Shown: piece by piece, positions 1-13,990 of the stretch | Position numbering within the stretch: the first letter of the stretch is position 1 | Layout: every line of letters starts with the position of its first letter | DNA from: Trichoplax adhaerens | Taxonomy: Eukaryota; Animalia; Placozoa | NCBI RefSeq assembly: GCF_000150275.1 | Contig: NW_002060952.1 | Coordinates: 1,041,095 to 1,105,094 of the forward strand | Direction of reading: 5' to 3' | Length of the DNA stretch: 64,000 nucleotides | Made by a program: the position numbers and the translations under genes | The notes under the pieces: generated by a model | Seen by the model: the letters and a program-made list of their open reading frames with translations, nothing else | What the model was told of the DNA's origin: nothing | Database searches by the model: none

Positions 1-361
1 TTGTGTTGCATGATACAACTTGGCTTAGGAACGTATTCCACAAAGATAATATACCATATTTAATGTTAACTAATCCTAATTTTTCTGTTATCAAGCACAT
101 CAAAGACAAGCTTGGTATATGCCAAGGGATGACAGACTGTATATTAATTGATTTATTACTGTACCTGTCAAAGTATCACTACAGAGTATTGCGAAGCACA
201 ATCATGAAAACTCCAACATACGCGTATGCAGAGAAATCTCACGGAAAGTTAGTAAAGGGCTGCATTATTATACTCTCATTGAAGTGTAAACAACGCTATT
301 AATGCCATTTTTTAGTACTATATGTGAACTGCGTATAGGACTGATAACTGATAATACAATA

Positions 362-3300
362 TTAAACGGTTGCATCCGCAGATTTTCCTTCCCCATTCAT
401 TTCACGTAGCCTTATTTCTTCTTCGGTTTCGGGTACATAAAGCAACTTCACTAATCGCTGTAAAATAAGAAAATGGATAATGTAAATTAATTCTAATTAC
501 ACTTAAGCTTCCGTTACCTAAAAGTTATGGCATTTATCACTTTACAAATATGATGCTGTAAATAAATTGAGTTCTGAATCATGTAGTAAAAATGGAAATA
601 ACTACATGTGATTGCTGATCATGTATACTGTTTCGGAGTTAATTATTAACAAACTATACATAATATGGCATTTGCTAAATTCATGCAGTTGAGAGCGCTT
701 TACTTGCCTCTTTAAATGTTCCCTCAGTATAAATAAGCTGATAAATAGCTGGAAGCAGGATGCATAATAGACATAAGACTGCCATAAGCCAGCCAACAAA
801 ATCAGCCCACCAAGGATACAGAATGCCATTGTATGTTATTGGAGTATAAAAAACGAGACTGAAGATGAAGACCGCCTAAGTATGCAAATAAAACATCATT
901 AGAATGATTCACGTAAACGATCAAATACTTTACTCTTCATAGAACCCTTTATCTATATAATATGTATATACACATTGTACGCGTATATACTGTACATATA
1001 CGTGTACATTTATTCCAGTATAAATAAAATTTACCGCTATCATAAGTGGCGTTAAAAAAGCCCAGCAAATGTCCCAAGATATCCAAACTCTCCACGATAA
1101 CAGCGATCCTATATTGCGTGTATATCGTCTAACACCTTTGCAAATAAATATTATGGCCTCAGGGTTTAATTAAAGCTAGATAGTTTATTTTATAATCTAC
1201 CTTTACGAAAGGAAGAAAAGTATTTTATGTAATAGTAAGTTAAAACAATCTCATTTTTACCGTAAAACCATGAAACAGCCATAATCTCGAATAAGACTGT
1301 TACAATCATGGCTGTGCCCGCAGAATAGGTATTAAATAAATCAAAGATATAGATACCACCCTATTTATGTATTAAAATACGAATTAATCTCAAATTTTGC
1401 TTCATACTCTTTCATATTGAATTCTATAGGATATTAATAGCAACTTGGCATACTTTTGTTATACATGTTAGTCCAATCAGGAATTCGACAATGCATAATC
1501 CTAAAATAAGATATGGTCTACGAGAAGCGAATAGATTAGGCCAGAAATCCGTCAATCCTGTAGAAATGGCCTCAACCATAGCAAACTATATTAAAAATTA
1601 ATGATATTACTCTCATATGAGACCTAGAATCCAGACTAATACTTTTAACTTTATTAAGAAGAACGCTTTTAATGTTATGAATTATGGAGTGTAAAAATTC
1701 ATATCAAAAGAACTCTTAATCTTATACGTATAGGAGTACATCGCAAGTTTAATCGCTTTACCTGACTGTCTAAGCCAAGTGTAATCAACATGAAGAAGAA
1801 AAGGATCGACCAAAAATTTGATCCCGGTAAAGTAGATAATCCAGCAGGGTAAACCATAAATACCAAGCCGGGACCTGCAAAAATTTAGTTAGGAATTGTA
1901 TTTAAGTAGCTATTCATTTTTCAGAATAACAATATGTCCTAAAATATTTGACGAATAAATAAAACAGGTATATTATCGTTATCGCTTGCCAAATAAAACT
2001 TAATGCTCCTTCACATTGCATTTAAGAAAAGATATAATCGTTAGCATTATCTAGCGCATTCTATTATTAATTTTAGAGATTTGAAATAATGCTTTTTTTC
2101 GAACCTTCATCGACAACTTTTTCGATTGGTAAACCCTGTTGCTTGGACATATAGCCCAACATTGAAAAAATAACAAATCCAGCAAAGAAACTAGTGCCAC
2201 AATTTATAGCGCTAATAACGACTGCATCCCTAAATTGAGAATTAAAATTTAAAATTAATTTTCTGATGCAATAACTTTTAATTAAGTAAATGATTACAAT
2301 ATTGGCTATAGACTCTCCCTAGCTCGTACGCACTTTAGTCAATTATACTAATAGCACGGACATTACCCTATCAACTGCAATAATTTTTTGTTAGTTTGCT
2401 ATGAACAGTACTATCAAACCTTTATGAACTTTAGCTGTATAAACTAAATAAATGATAATGCCGTACTATTACGGTATGCTTATTTTCTCATTTCGCTTAC
2501 TTAAGGAAATTGTTATTTCTTTTATTATAGCTAGCAAATGCGATAAGGGAACCGAAACCCGCACCAAGAGAATAGAAGATTTGAGTTCCCGCCTCTTTCC
2601 ACGTCTGTCAAAATTTATGATCGCAATTCTTAACGGCTATCACCATTAACTTCATGCTATAGTAAGAAATTTGCGCTATTTCCTTTGTAAGTTGAAAGCT
2701 GCATAAACATGGATATAAACGTACCTCGATATCAGCAAGCTTCGATGTATCTAATTTTAGATAATAGGAAATACCTAAACCTGCACCATCTAATGTTACT
2801 CCACGGAAGAATAGAATTACTAATACAAGGTAAGGGAAGGTAGCAGTGAAATAGACGACCTAATAGCCAAAAATAATATTCGTGTTACTCTTTCAATTGA
2901 ATAGCGCTATTCATGTATCTAAAAAATCAAATTTTAGAATTACTTTTCCTGTCCATTTTACTCCTTTAAAGATGCACAAGTAGACTATCACCCAAGCCAG
3001 TATAAGAAGCAAGGCTAAATCCCATTTCACTGGTCCACTAATATCTGGATTAGCTGTCTTGTTTAAAACACGAATACTACATTGGATAAGTTTTAAAATT
3101 GGCAATAAATTCATTAGAGCAAAAATAAATAGCGGCCAAATTAAAAGGCTAGAATTTAGCTTTTATGTCATTTATTTACTTGAAGTATTCGACCGCTGGT
3201 GAAATTCCAGACTCATTAACATTAGAACCATTTCGAACTAAACACTCAGGCGTATTCCATGAATTATCACATGTTGTCCAAGGTAAAGGAGAGATAAAAC

Positions 3301-6300
3301 TTGCAAACAAGAAATATAGCACCCAGGCTAAGATGACAACGTAATAGATAGATACTAAAAAGGAAACCATGATCATAGAGAAGCCAGTTCCTATAAGCAA
3401 TAACAGTAGAATAGCAACTGAGCCCTTATTATCATAATTGCTACACTGCATTAAGTAAATTTTGAATTCATCATTAATAGATTTTTGCGGTAGCAATATT
3501 CATCGTTAGAGAGTTTATTATACCGAATAACAAAGGACAAATTTTCTTAAAGACAACCGTAGGGCCTTTTACAAAGTACTGTCCGATTCCAAATTCTAAT
3601 GCCATAAGAGGAACTCCACAGATAGCTAAGGATATGAAATATGGAATCAAGAATGCTCCTAAAGAAAGAAAAAGAATTGAATATTTATATTACTAGTATT
3701 CAAATCATTTCAAATAAGAATTCTTAAATGTATTGTCATGAGTACCAACACTTTATCCGTTGCAATAGTAGAATATCCTAACGCTAACTGCTTAAAATTA
3801 ATCCTGTCAGCTGGGATCATGATTCGTGCTAATCTGTGTTTACTGGATACGGCTTATTATCTCCACAAAACAAGTACTCCATCACGCCTACAACTATTTC
3901 CATTTGCAAAGCCAACATAAAAAGGATAGCTTATTTCAAGTCATTTTTATTATTATTGGCCTGATTTTGTATTCCAGATTGGTTGTATAATTCTTTAATG
4001 TTGCTGAAAACTCATTAATGGTGAGAATTAGTGACCAATGATTTTATCTTATACGGATATCGACGTTTAATCGTGATGCCAATTTCCGAGAAGAGAGTCG
4101 AAAATTAATTTCGAATTTAAACACATACGTCACGAGATGAATCACGTGCATCTTTGCAGTTTAAACAATTCTCTGCGTTCAAATATATGAACCGCTTAAC
4201 TTAAACTGGTATTGCTACTCTAGCTATTGAAACTATACTGTAGGTAAAGAAGGAGAAGAGACGAGTCTAATAGTATTACAAAGTAGATAGCTAAAATATT
4301 AGTTTACTGACCAATACGGCGCTTAATATATACAACCAATAAAGCAACAATCATTGATTTAAAATATGCAAAGTAAAAAAGGACAATAGGAATATATTTT
4401 TAATTCATCAAAATTATTTTCTATGGTATCTGGCATCGGTGGCAACTATGATCAAGCGTTTAAAGTAAAACATTAATACTGTAGATTCAAGTTACTTCTC
4501 GCTTTTCACGGTACCGAATTAAATTATAAACTTGTTTAGCTATCCCAATGCGAAACAATTTTTACACATTTTCTATTGCAGGTAGAGATCATATTGCTCA
4601 TGCTCGTATTTTAAGGATTACGAATTAATTCATCAAATGGAATACAAATTGAGTCAGTTAGGACAGCTAAATATACACCTAGAGCATGCAACGCAATTTA
4701 TTGTTATCAGCACAAACCCCGGTTACAAGACGAGCTTACGGATGATATATGTACTGAACTACTTATGGTAAGGTCATAACTGCGTTTTAATATAAATGTT
4801 GTACTAGTACCCCAGGTATATAAATCGATATATTAGCACTGGTAATTACTTTGCTTAAATGGCTTTTTTATTTTTCTTTGCAAATATTTCTAAAAAATTT
4901 CCCCTTTATACATATTTCTAAAAGACTCATAAATATATATATATAACTTACGTGACGCTGTCATTGCCTTTATTATATATACTATCAAGTTCATAATAAT
5001 ACATGCTAGGAACCCTTCAGCGCTAAATTAGCCTGACTAAATGGTCTATTTGTTGTTATTGGTCAGGGTTTGCATGTTCGCTTACAATATATGTTAGGGA
5101 TAGCGATATTAAGTAGTTAAAATACACAGGCATATTTAATTGTTCTATAAAGGTGTCGTGCATAGTTGCTGTAAGACTCACAGATTTATGAGTATTGGCT
5201 AATATTACAGTTGGATTCCTACAATATCATACAGCCCTCAGAAAGAATCAGTCTCATATATGTATTACACTGGATTGTTAATATCGTCTGATGTTATGGG
5301 AAATTATTTACATGTAAACATAAATTGAGCTATTACTGAATTCTTCTTGAGGTAACAATAGTTTGATATATATCGAGTCTAGCATAGAATAAGCAAATCA
5401 GTCTTAGTGCTTCGCAAACTTTCCCGAGCTCAATTCGTATACGTTATTTTTTAGCATTGAAGTTAATGTATTCAAGACAGTTACAATACAAATTTTTCGT
5501 TGGAATCTTTCTGTGTATCAGTGGATGAAAATATGGATAAATCAGATTTTTTTAACTCTATGATGCTATGAAGCCCAAGCAAATGAATTCGTTCGTATTT
5601 TTACCATTTTTAAATTTATACCAATTACTGTAATTTTTGCACGGTGTCATATCACGTAAAAAACCGTGAAGGATACAAAATAATATCTCATGACAGAATA
5701 TGCTGTTCAAAATTAAATACTATGCAAACAGTTTAACTTTTGTAGAGAAAAACTGAGATTTGAATCGCACTTCAAGCATTATTTGCCATCTAAAAGTTAC
5801 TTTATCAATTTAATAATGTATGGTGCTCCGATTTAGTAGCGAAATGTAATTAATTTGTGCGTAACAAATTGCCTACTCCAACATCAATACACGAAAATTA
5901 AATTTTATAGTAATTCTCTGACATGCTTCAGTAGTGTAGCGTTTATACGGGATTTATGATAGTATTCTTCGAAATTAATCGTTTACTCAATATCCTACAG
6001 ATTGCTATTCCGAATATACAGAAATTCTTCCTGAAAGTTATGTTCTGCAGAGTATTAAAATGATGGATCGAATTTTAGCTAAAAGGACCAATATTAGATG
6101 CGTAGAATATATTGAAAAAAGATGCATAGTGAGACTCTGACAGTCGTATCGAATACCAAATTTTTAGGTCATGCTGTTTACAAAAGTGTGCAATACCAGT
6201 TTAAAATTATTTAGCGTGGCTGTATAAACTATTTAGCACCTATAAAGCAAGATCAATCGAAAGGATAGCATATGATATACTGTAACCTCATGTAGAGCAA

Positions 6301-6757
6301 TGCAATATGCTATTATACAGTGTATAAAAACCAAAAAGGAACAATTCTATACTATTACGTATAAATGATAGTTTGACAATAGCCAAAGTACTAATATGCA
6401 TATCGTATTGAATGGCTTCGAATACTGATCTACGCGTAGATGGTTTAACTATAAAATAAATTTAAAATGTCTTTCACTAGACCCGCTCAGGGAAGGCAAT
6501 AAAAATAAGTTGATTTATTCCATCCCTTATGATTATTTCGAATCCTTGTAATAGATACATGCTTCTTTCTTACCTCCTCCATATTTGTAACATAGGTATG
6601 GAAATCGCCATAGATTGCCGAATCCCACAGCAAAACCAATGCAACTTAGCATAAATTCGATTTTCTTCCCCCATCCTTCACGCTCATATTCTTCTTCACT
6701 TTCGGTATCGGCTACAACCTTACCGTCACTAGTGTCTTTATCATCACCATCACCCAT
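362..6757 (-). CDS. SLC6 (NSS) sodium-dependent amino-acid/neurotransmitter transporter, 13 coding exons, ~578 aa
   Basis: Exons (minus): 6574-6757, 3524-3658, 3180-3390, 2944-3076, 2725-2859, 2501-2604, 2105-2229, 1762-1874, 1454-1585, 1261-1360, 1035-1135, 708-875, 362-457; phases join into one ORF. Motifs: [39 protein letters not shown] (TM1), [15 protein letters not shown] (EL2), [60 protein letters not shown]. The last intron is GC-AG. Confidence 0.95.
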
Positions 6758-9700
6758 TTTGATAAGTCTTTCAACAGACAAGATAGAAATAAAATGTTTC
6801 TATTGATAACGCGATCGATTTATAATGAAGGTCAGAAGACTATCGGAAGGTGGACTATCCCAATGATTACGCAGCATGATGTTTGCTTAGCTGTAGTAAT
6901 TACATTTTATTGTTTTCCTTTTCAACCATATGCGATAAAAATTGTTTGATATTCATTACTTTGATACGATGTATTTTTTGTAATATTATTAACTAAAATC
7001 TTTTATAAAACACGTGGTAGTAACCTATTAATAAGTACTACAATGGCTAAAATAGCATAATTTAAACAGTAATCAGTATTCGTAATAGTCAACCAAGTCA
7101 AGATAAAATTAAAACCGCGAAGAGAGATTGGTTGTCTTAAATACAATAGCGTAAAACTGGACAGTCTTTCCTGTGAAATACATAACTTACATACAAAAAT
7201 TTTGATGCCTTCGTACTCTAAATAATAAAGTGTGTTGCATGTCAAATACATTTTATTTCTTGAAAAGTAAAAGTAAGTATTTTTTTAATATTTTAAAGCC
7301 ATAGAAATTTGTCAAGGTAGCCATTACTAGAACTTTATAACTACATGAGTTAGTAGAGTGAAGATCGCTTGATTCATATTGTGTATTTAATTAAAAGTAG
7401 AGACCCTGCTACGCTAGTTAAATGTTTACTTATAAAAATGGGTTATTTTACCGTGCAGCTATAAGATACTCTAATAACATATTGTAGTATTTAGTGCATC
7501 GACTAATTTGAAACCGAATCATTACGAAAGCCCATTGCTTAATGCGAATTTCAATGCTATAATGAGAGATAAATTGATAGTTCTGATCGTTAATTACGTT
7601 ACTTTTTATGGAAGATAAGGATGTTCCATAATTTATGATAAAATGCATTTCTTACAAATGATGAATTTTAAATTTACGTCACTACAACCATATGCATTAT
7701 TAAATCGAGAAATTAGCTAAATCTGTCCTTATGCGACCATATTTAGGTTTCTAGCAAACTTGAATATTGATATAAAGGTGATAATGGCAGGCTAGCAAAT
7801 TTACAATATTAAAACTGTACAATATTTTCGATGGTGCCATGGAAGATCAGCATGCAAATTTATTTTAAGAGTCTTGAAGAAGTAGGCGATACATTCCATA
7901 AGTTAAGATAGCTCTGGTCGGCTAACTCTAATCTTTCAGAATTAGATCAAAATCTCTATTTCTTTATAATGCTTTTAAAATTATCGAGTTCACAATAAAA
8001 TTGCTTTGAAGAATGCGATAATAGCATATAGTTCAGTCTTCTAGACGTACATTATTATGCTCCGTATAAGTTGCATGGTACGGTACCCTATTCAACAATT
8101 AGCCCTCTATATGTCAATATAAGCAGTAATTGAAAAGGGTACTTAAGTTCAAGCCATAAAATTGTTATGTGATACGATTGTATAGATACTGGTACTATAT
8201 AAATATAGTTAGGAATTTCTCAGCGTCTTTCACACTTTGAATAAGAAATTTTGTTTAGAATTCGCTTTACTTACGATGGATGAGCATGTTACTATCTTTA
8301 TATGTTGTGTTGTAAACATATGTTTAGAATATTGCAATGTCATACTTAAAGTTTGAATTTGTAAACTATAATTCTAAATGTTATCAGTACAATAATATTT
8401 GTAAACATCGTTTACAATCTATTGAAATTATTTAGTATCTTTCAGCCATATACTATATATGAATATGACTTTAATTGAAACACTACATAATGTTTATTAC
8501 TTAAGAGGTAGGAGCAGTAATTTTGGGAATTTATCCATTTAAATTTGATATGAAATTGCCTTCATTCTTATAATCCAAATAATGGTAAAAAATTCCTTAT
8601 TTCTGATCCGATTCTTTCGATAATTCTGAGGAACGTCCATGCATTCGTGTAACATGTACAATATTACAACTTGCAATAAGAGTATTTACGTAGACTCCGT
8701 ATTTTATAAATCTTAAATAAGAATATTATAAACAAATTCATAGATTTTCTACATAAATAGGAAAGTTTAGATCATGCTGTTGTACGCATTTGCATGCAAA
8801 TTTACGAATATGGATAAAATTCATTAGATATAAAATGATCCAGGATTACTCATCTCTGATAAGACGGTGAAAATAGAATTGACACTACTCATTCAGCTAC
8901 TTATTATCGATGAAATTGAGCCGTCTCGTATCTTTCTATATACAAGATTTGCTGGATCGTATCCCTACTGTCCTACTCTCCTGTGAATATTACATATATA
9001 ACCGATGATAAAAATACCTGTTTTTAGAGTATTTAACGTTGTACATTAACTATGTTCATATCCAGAATCTGCAAATTTTAGGTTCATCTATTTAACCCCT
9101 TAGCTTGTTAAAGCAAAGATCACTTTCATTAATACTCATATCCGGTTTTTTCTATACTATATCAAAGTGGTACAATTTTTGAAAGTTAAATATGCGTATA
9201 TTTATGAATTAATTATTTATAAACAAAGAGTCTGTACATCCGAATTTGATTGCACTATAGTAGCTATTGTTTCGTGTTCTGATAACGCACTATAAATATT
9301 ATTACTTGAAGTAGTAAGCTAGTGCAATTAGCGATAGAAAATCATCGATTTCTGCGATAAATAAGTATAATTAATGAGGTAATAGCATACTACATCAGGA
9401 ATATAAAATGAGAGACCGATGATCGAAACAGGGAAAATAATGCCGAATTTGCAGTTGGACATTAATATGCTCGTAACTGATATTGTGGAAAGAATAGAGT
9501 GCCCGTAATAATTTTTTGATACCTAGTTGAAATACCATCATACCTGCATACAAACTATAACCTCTCTAAATGATCTAAATCGTTCGATATTACAAATTTA
9601 TTTGATTCGATAACTCGATAGCTTTTAATGATAAAAAATGCTGTCTAATAGCAGTTATTGATTGATATACCTCTAAAACATTGCTAGTGTTCTTTTACAT

Positions 9701-11371
9701 TATGAGCAAATATTTGAAATGCTATCGCTATAACGCACCCTTGTAGCGTTGACTATATCACTGTTCAGATCCTATTTTTAATTAATGTAATGTAATCCTT
9801 GCCGATTACTATTTTGCATGATATAATGTCCTCAAACTGATAAAACCGATACAAGTATAATTTTCGAGGTCATAATAATACTGTATAAACTAAACTGTAT
9901 AAGCTAATGTTTAGTACTTATTTATTTTATCTAGACAGCAAGGCATATTTAACTGCTTATTTTCGCCTGATGCGGCCGGTGCAGTATTGGCAATCAGTAA
10001 TGCAATGTCTATAGATAGTGAATAGTTCGATGACATTAATGAGACAGGAAATGGCATCGCTGACTATTGTGAGCAATAAGCGAAGGGTAAGATTATCGTA
10101 CTGAATCACAAATTAATACCATGAAACGAATGGGAATGTATAACTTGCTTTTGTATATTATTAATACGCATAGATTATTATAGTGAGAGGTAGCCAGACT
10201 ATTTTCGTGCACTTCTAAGAGAATATCCCTCTTAAAAGTTACTGCTATTTGTAGTATGGATCTTATAATCATTAACTCTAAGTAATTTAAGTATAATATT
10301 ATTTTTTATGATTTATGCCCTTTTGATAAGAATTCTATTAACATTCAGAAATCAAATTCAGAGGTCAAGTTTAAACGAATCGTACAAGATATAAAATTTA
10401 TGTATTGTATACGTTCGCAACACTAACATTAGTTTTGATTGCTAACTACGCCATGCTTCAATTATGATAGGTCTTGGGCCATATGATTATATACGTATAT
10501 CTATATACAGTCACGAGAAATACTCCTCGAAAATTTACTTTAAATCATTACACTTATTTTTATCTCAATATGAACATTCCTTATGGTAAATAGTAGTAAA
10601 CATGCAAAACCGGTTTTTATTTCTTGTGTGGGTGTTGTCTCTTGTGGTCGATGTCAAATAAAGAACAATACCCATTAGTTTACGCGTTGTCAGTTATATC
10701 ATATAGACTCTAACGAAGATCAACAACTGTATACAACTTGCAGACAATTGTAATTCCGCATCAGATAGGCCAAATAAATATGAAACGAGTATCGTAGTAG
10801 TGTTTTCTGAGGTAATAATCTTTGGGTGATCTATGTATGCATATACAAATACTCGTATGTATAACGTTACGGCCAATATCGGTAATGCGACGTAAGACTA
10901 AAGTTGTATAGTCGATTGATACTTTCCGGATGCATGAAATCCTGTTGCTTCAAAGCTACAAAAGCATTGTCTACGTAGCAAATTGCAACCTACCGTTTTG
11001 AGTTAAAAATATGTCGTAGATCTTCGATGAACTGCTAACAGTGCAGAAGTTTACTGAATTGATTGACTATTTGAATGTGAAATGTAAACTATAGTACAAC
11101 ATGGGGTACTAGCCATACTACTCTACAATAACATTACACGTACAGTAAAAAAGTATCACCATCTGGTCTGCATACAGTATTTGCACGTCTGCATGGCCTA
11201 ATCATCTAATAACTGTCACAACTATACTGAGAATGGTCTCCATTTAGTGTAATGACTGTATTTACAGTATGCAATTAAATATAATATATGTACTCAATCC
11301 ATAGACTGCATACAATTTTAACAATTCCTGATTGGATATGAGAGCAGAATTTAATGTTCGCCCGGAACTAA

Positions 11372-11433
11372 AACAACATTCCACAGTCAGGTCACAGTTT
11401 GTACAAACTGTGACCTGACTGTGGAATGTTGTT
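11372..11433. repeat. Perfect 62-bp palindrome (31-bp arms, no spacer)
   Basis: AACAACATTCCACAGTCAGGTCACAGTTTGT is followed immediately by its exact reverse complement ACAAACTGTGACCTGACTGTGGAATGTTGTT. Confidence 0.97.
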
Positions 11434-13096
11434 GATTGAACTTTGCAAGATTTAACGCATCAGTTCAAGATGCAAGAGCATGATTTAAAAAAGAAAACAT
11501 TTACTTATTTAATTCATTTACGTCTGTTCGAGGTCTGGTCTTCGACAATGCAATTTCTCGTGTCAACAATACATTTTAGGGTTGATGCTTGCAATGCAAA
11601 TGTTTAATAGCTTTCAAATGGCTTGTGACTACTTGATTTTATTCTAACTAGTGGAATAGCATGGTTGTTAATTATTATAATATAAGGTGTATTATTATAG
11701 TAAGCTGTCATTAACCCTTGTGCAAATTATTCCGGCTCTGTACGAGAAAAAATACGCCCAGATCTCTGAGTATGAAATTAAATAGTGCCATGGGCCACTA
11801 GATGTTCTATCACTCTACTGTACACAGCGTGATAGTCATGATGTAGTTGCCAATGACCAGTAGTAATGCAATAGTCAAACTACAATTGTTAATAATCTGT
11901 AGCGGTATAAGGGTGCAGTATACAGTAATGTGATTGTTTACTTTATTTTAGTAGTCAGTAGCATGCTTTACAATAGTTCTTTTTCATTTCGGTATCTCTA
12001 AAGTTCGGTTCACAGATGCAAATGCGAGACTTCTGACTTCTGTGCACTGAGTCTTACTGATATATCGCAGTTTCTATATTATAGAACACTACAAGATCGC
12101 ATGAACGGATAGTAAAGTACTCTGTAGTAGACCGAGTGCACTGCATTTTAATTAAACATTTATCAACTGTGTATATTGTAGATTAGATTGTTACTTGTCT
12201 AATCAATGATAATTAATTATACGTATATTTAATATGCGTGTGTTACAAGTCCGCCTGTTACGTAAAATCCTACAAAAGATTGCTTGATGAAGGTACTATT
12301 TACCATCGGCTGTTATAGAGTTTTGTCCTTAAACTAATACATTCCCTTAGGTTTTAGGATTAAAGTTAACTTATGATGTAGTATTCTACTAGAACACGAT
12401 TACATATACTAGTACGCGTTTTGTTTGTAAATGATAAATTTATAGTTCTAGACAATTAATGTAATTTTAGGAAGATGAAAGCAAATTATTACAAAGGCCC
12501 CTATCACATTGTATCGAGTCACTACAAATATCTCAAACAAGTGCTCGATTAAACCTAGTCCCCTCAAGTTAATAACATAATTTGTATCGTCATTTTATGA
12601 TACGCTGAGTTAAAGATTTACTATAGGAATAATGAGTGATCTAGTCAAACTGGGATCTTATCTTCCTGAAATAGTTGTAAACATGAATTTGCCTATCCGA
12701 GCACGTCAACTTCAAAATTCTTTAAAGCATTTACAATGATAAAAATAATAACCAATACGAACACTTACCCTAAATACGAAACAATGTAGCAAAATCCGAT
12801 TAATTATATTATATTAGGACCACTTTCCGTATACTAGTCAAGACTTGAGGCTATGTTTATAATATTGTTATTTCTTTAAAACTGCGCATTTTAATTTGGG
12901 GATTGCTGTATTAATAAATATAATTATAATTATTATCTACAGGTATCTAAGGAACTTCAAATTTAATTTTAATAGTGTGTGCAATTTAATTAATGAACCA
13001 ATATTATTTATAGCACTATTGCTTCTAGCCGTCGTACGTTATCTGCTGTACTAATCGATGTTACTATTTTCGTACACTGAAGTTAATACTAACTAA

Positions 13097-13286
13097 TTTG
13101 AAGAGTAAAAGTAAGCAAGTATCGCTGACTTTTCACCTCTGTAAAAGGGAGTAATACTGCTCTCTTGCATGTTGTACTGTATTATTGTAAATTGCTGTAC
13201 TTTAGATGGTACACTTTAGTAACTGTACAGTGTACAGCCATTGGTAATATTCAAGCAAAACTTGCTTACTTTTCAACTCCGTCAAA
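13097..13286. repeat. Short inverted-repeat-bounded segment (MITE-like foldback candidate)
   Basis: AAAAGTAAGCAAGT (13107-13120) and ACTTGCTTACTTTT (13260-13273) are a perfect 14-bp inverted pair, extendable imperfectly outward. No target-site duplication identified. Confidence 0.4.
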
Positions 13287-13569
13287 GAGCGAAACTTTGT
13301 TGTACAGTACGTTATGACGCAACGTAATGAAGTCTACAGTATAATCTGACTGCCAGTAAAATCCTTTTTTAGAGCTAAATATTAAGCCAAATGGTCCTTT
13401 AGTTCAATTAATGAATGGATTTATTGAATTAAAATGAATTCAATTGATTTTTCTCAACGACAATGTAAGAAATACTATCTAAAAAGCTCCAACCCTAATA
13501 ATAATCAACGTTGATTAATTAATTTAAAGAGTCTGTATGGATTAGAAATATTCAAGATGATTTCGTTGC

Positions 13570-13626
13570 AGGGCGGAGATTGCGCAATGCTGAGCGATCG
13601 CTGATTGGCCAAAGAGAAATTTGAAT
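13570..13626 (+). promoter_or_regulatory. Putative MELK promoter module: GC box, C/EBP-like palindrome, reverse CCAAT box, CHR-like TTTGAA
   Basis: GGGCGG (13571), ATTGCGCAAT (13579), CTGATTGGCC (13601), TTTGAA (13620). A plausible non-coding first exon ends at the donor GG|GTAAGA (14092/14093). Confidence 0.45.
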
Positions 13627-13635
13627 TTGATTATT

Positions 13636-13990
13636 GTAACAGTACTTTACGGTAAGCTGTACAGTACTGTACAGTACGATACAACTAGTAATGTACTGTA
13701 GTGTACAGTACACTATACTGTAGATGTTAACATGGAGGCGTTTACCCGGCGCGATACGATACGGTACGGTACGATACAGTACAGTTAGTGTAGAGTGTAC
13801 AGTACGATGATGCACTGTAGAGACCGACAATAAACCAGACACTGTGCATTACTGTACAGTACACAGTACTGTAACAGCCATTGTCATGGCGCTGGAGTCG
13901 GCAGTGCACACTTTCCTATACAACTTCATATCAATTTCAGTTGATGGTTTGCTACACTACAGTACTGTACAGTATAAAAAAGTACAGCGG
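13636..13990. repeat. TACAG/CTGTA pentamer-based self-complementary array upstream of MELK
   Basis: Dense TACAGTACTGTA, TACAGTACAG and TACGGTACGG units on both strands. Confidence 0.85.

Noticed and set aside
3-302. 99-aa ORF at the window start
   Set aside because: Non-ATG start, antisense to the SLC6 3' region, no recognisable motifs.
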